50,110 nucleotides of DNA from Chara braunii. Taxonomy: Eukaryota; Plantae; Charophyceae. Below the pieces are notes generated by a model that did no database searches, was not told the DNA's origin, and saw nothing but the letters and a program-made list of their open reading frames with translations. Both the position numbers and the translations under genes were made by a program. This document shows, piece by piece, positions 48,417 to 50,110 of the stretch. The stretch spans positions 1,311,315 to 1,361,424 of the forward strand of contig BFEA01000039.1 in the NCBI GenBank assembly GCA_003427395.1. The letters are read 5' to 3'. The first letter of the stretch is position 1, and each line of letters opens with the position of its first letter.

Positions 48417-49123
48417 CAGTGTTGCATACCCCGACGTTCGGCGGCCCTTGACTGGTCAGATGCCGACCAGCCAATCGGTTGGCTGGTCGGCACCTACAGG
48501 TTGGGGGTCGTCGTCACCTGGGAAAAAGAAAACCATTTTCTTTTTTTTTTGGGGTCCAGAACCCCTAATAACCCCACCAAGACCCCCATACCCGCCCCCA
48601 ATATTCCCATACACCCCCCCAACACCCCAAACCNNNNNNNNNNNNNNNNNNNNNNNNNNNNNNNNNNNNNNNNNNNNNNNNNNNNNNNNNNNNNNNNNNN
48701 NNNNNNNNNNNNNNNNNNNNNNNNNNNNNNNNNNNNNNNNNNNNNNNNNNNNNNNNNNNNNNNNNNNNNNNNNNNNNNNNNNNNNNNNNNNNNNNNNNNN
48801 NNNNNNNNNNNNNNNNNNNNNNNNNNNNNNNNNNNNNNNNNNNNNNNNNNNNNNNNNNNNNNNNNNNNNNNNNNNNNNNNNNNNNNNNNNNNNNNNNNNN
48901 NNNNNNCCCCAACCCCCCCATACCCCCCCCTCATCCCCAAAAGTTTCTCACCGGATTTGGGCTGTACTAAGCAAGTGCAGTACAGCCCCGAACTCAGATT
49001 TGAAAAAAAATAAGTGGATGGTTGTTTTCTGACTGGTCGGCAGACCGCCGGCCGCTCGGCCCTACTGGTGGGCTGCAATACAGTTGGCGGTCGGGGTAGG
49101 CGGTCGGTGGGTATGTAACCCTG
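48417..49123. mobile_element. Non-autonomous hAT-type DNA transposon
   Basis: TIRs CAGTGTTGCATACCC and GGGTATGTAACCCTG (13 of 15 match). The 8-bp TSD is cccagtgg (48409-48416) / cccagtag (49124-49131). Subterminal ggtcgg/ccgacc motifs are present. Confidence 0.8.
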
Positions 49124-50110
49124 CCCAGTAGGCTACTATTTCGTTTTGTCATCTTTTTCCCAGGTTCCTACTTTTGGCAGCTTTTCGCCAGACTCCTGCT
49201 TTTGGGTGCCATACCTTTTCGTATTTTTTCCAGGTTCCTACTTTCGGCGCCAGAACAGATTCCTGCTCTTGGCGCCAGACCAGTTTTCCTTTTTCCTGTC
49301 GGAGCTCTTCTTCTTCTTCTTCCAATTCTACTGTTGAGGTATGAGAGAGAGTGAGAGAAGAGAGAGAGAGGGAGAGAGAGAGAGTTTTCCTGTCGGAGCT
49401 CTTCTTCTTCTTCCCGTTCTACTGTTGAGGTATTGGAGAGAGAGAGAGAGAGAGAGAGAGTTGATATTGAGACTTGGTGACATTTGGGAATTGCCCAATT
49501 CAGTGACATTGCGACTTGACATTGTGTGACCAGCGACATCGGGGATACATTGGAGATTGGGTTCATCGGGCTATGGTGGCTGATCCTCCCTATCTCCCTC
49601 TTCCCTGTGTCTCTCTTCCCTCCTTCGTCCGTGGATGACTCGGACTCAGCACCCCTTCCATGATTACAGTGCTGAGTCCACTCACACAGAGTGATGATGA
49701 GTGCTGCCAGGTCCTGTCATTGTCCTCGCTGAGTCAGATCCTGGTATTTTAGTCTTCCGCTGTGCTATTTTTATATCAACCCAGCCATTTCTCACTCTCA
49801 CCCACACATGGATCGATAGCACCAGATCGCTTTCAGTCGCTCTCATGGACTTCGCCTACCATTAAACTAACATTCCCTGATTTCACATCGTGGTATTTGC
49901 CTTCTGCTGTGCAAAGGGATTTCAAGCTTTATTTGTGTTCGCTATGGAGCTGATAGCTTCCGCCAAAAACACCTACGTGCATCTGCAGTAAATCTCAGGG
50001 CAGAGTAAAGGTGACAGTTTAGGCATATTAGACATAAATGTTACATGCACAGATATGTGATGTTCGTAATAACCGAGGAACTGCAGTGTGATAAAAAGGA
50101 CTGAAATGGA

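Overview
Repeat-rich eukaryotic draft-assembly DNA with N gaps, long microsatellites and spliceosomal introns. The U2 5' end is plant-type, and the overall character suggests a streptophyte alga such as Chara (inference only). No intact host housekeeping gene is recognisable, and most listed ORFs are microsatellite or N artefacts. Contents from left to right: (1) 533-7097, a two-exon gene (acidic N-terminus, ParB/Srx-like domain, bacterial-type beta-class N6A/N4C DNA methyltransferase). Its 3.2-kb intron is an array of ~120-bp repeats carrying the 16-bp palindrome GTTATAG-TC-CTATAAC, and variants of the palindrome also lie downstream of the gene. (2) 8773-19980, a Penelope-like retroelement (Naiad/Chlamys-type RT, an upstream ORF with a GRF-like zinc finger, a hammerhead ribozyme, ~1.17-kb terminal direct repeats). 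Its right repeat is interrupted by a 2.6-kb TG...CA solo-LTR-like insertion. (3) tRNA-, U6- and U2-derived fragments and a MITE. (4) A near-full-length decayed L1/Tx1-type LINE (~24.8-33.0 kb, +) and a 5'-truncated LINE (~36.9-39.4 kb, -). (5) Two non-autonomous hAT-type elements with 8-bp TSDs, plus local duplications. The best candidate for an undescribed system is the spliced ParB-methyltransferase gene with its own palindromic array.
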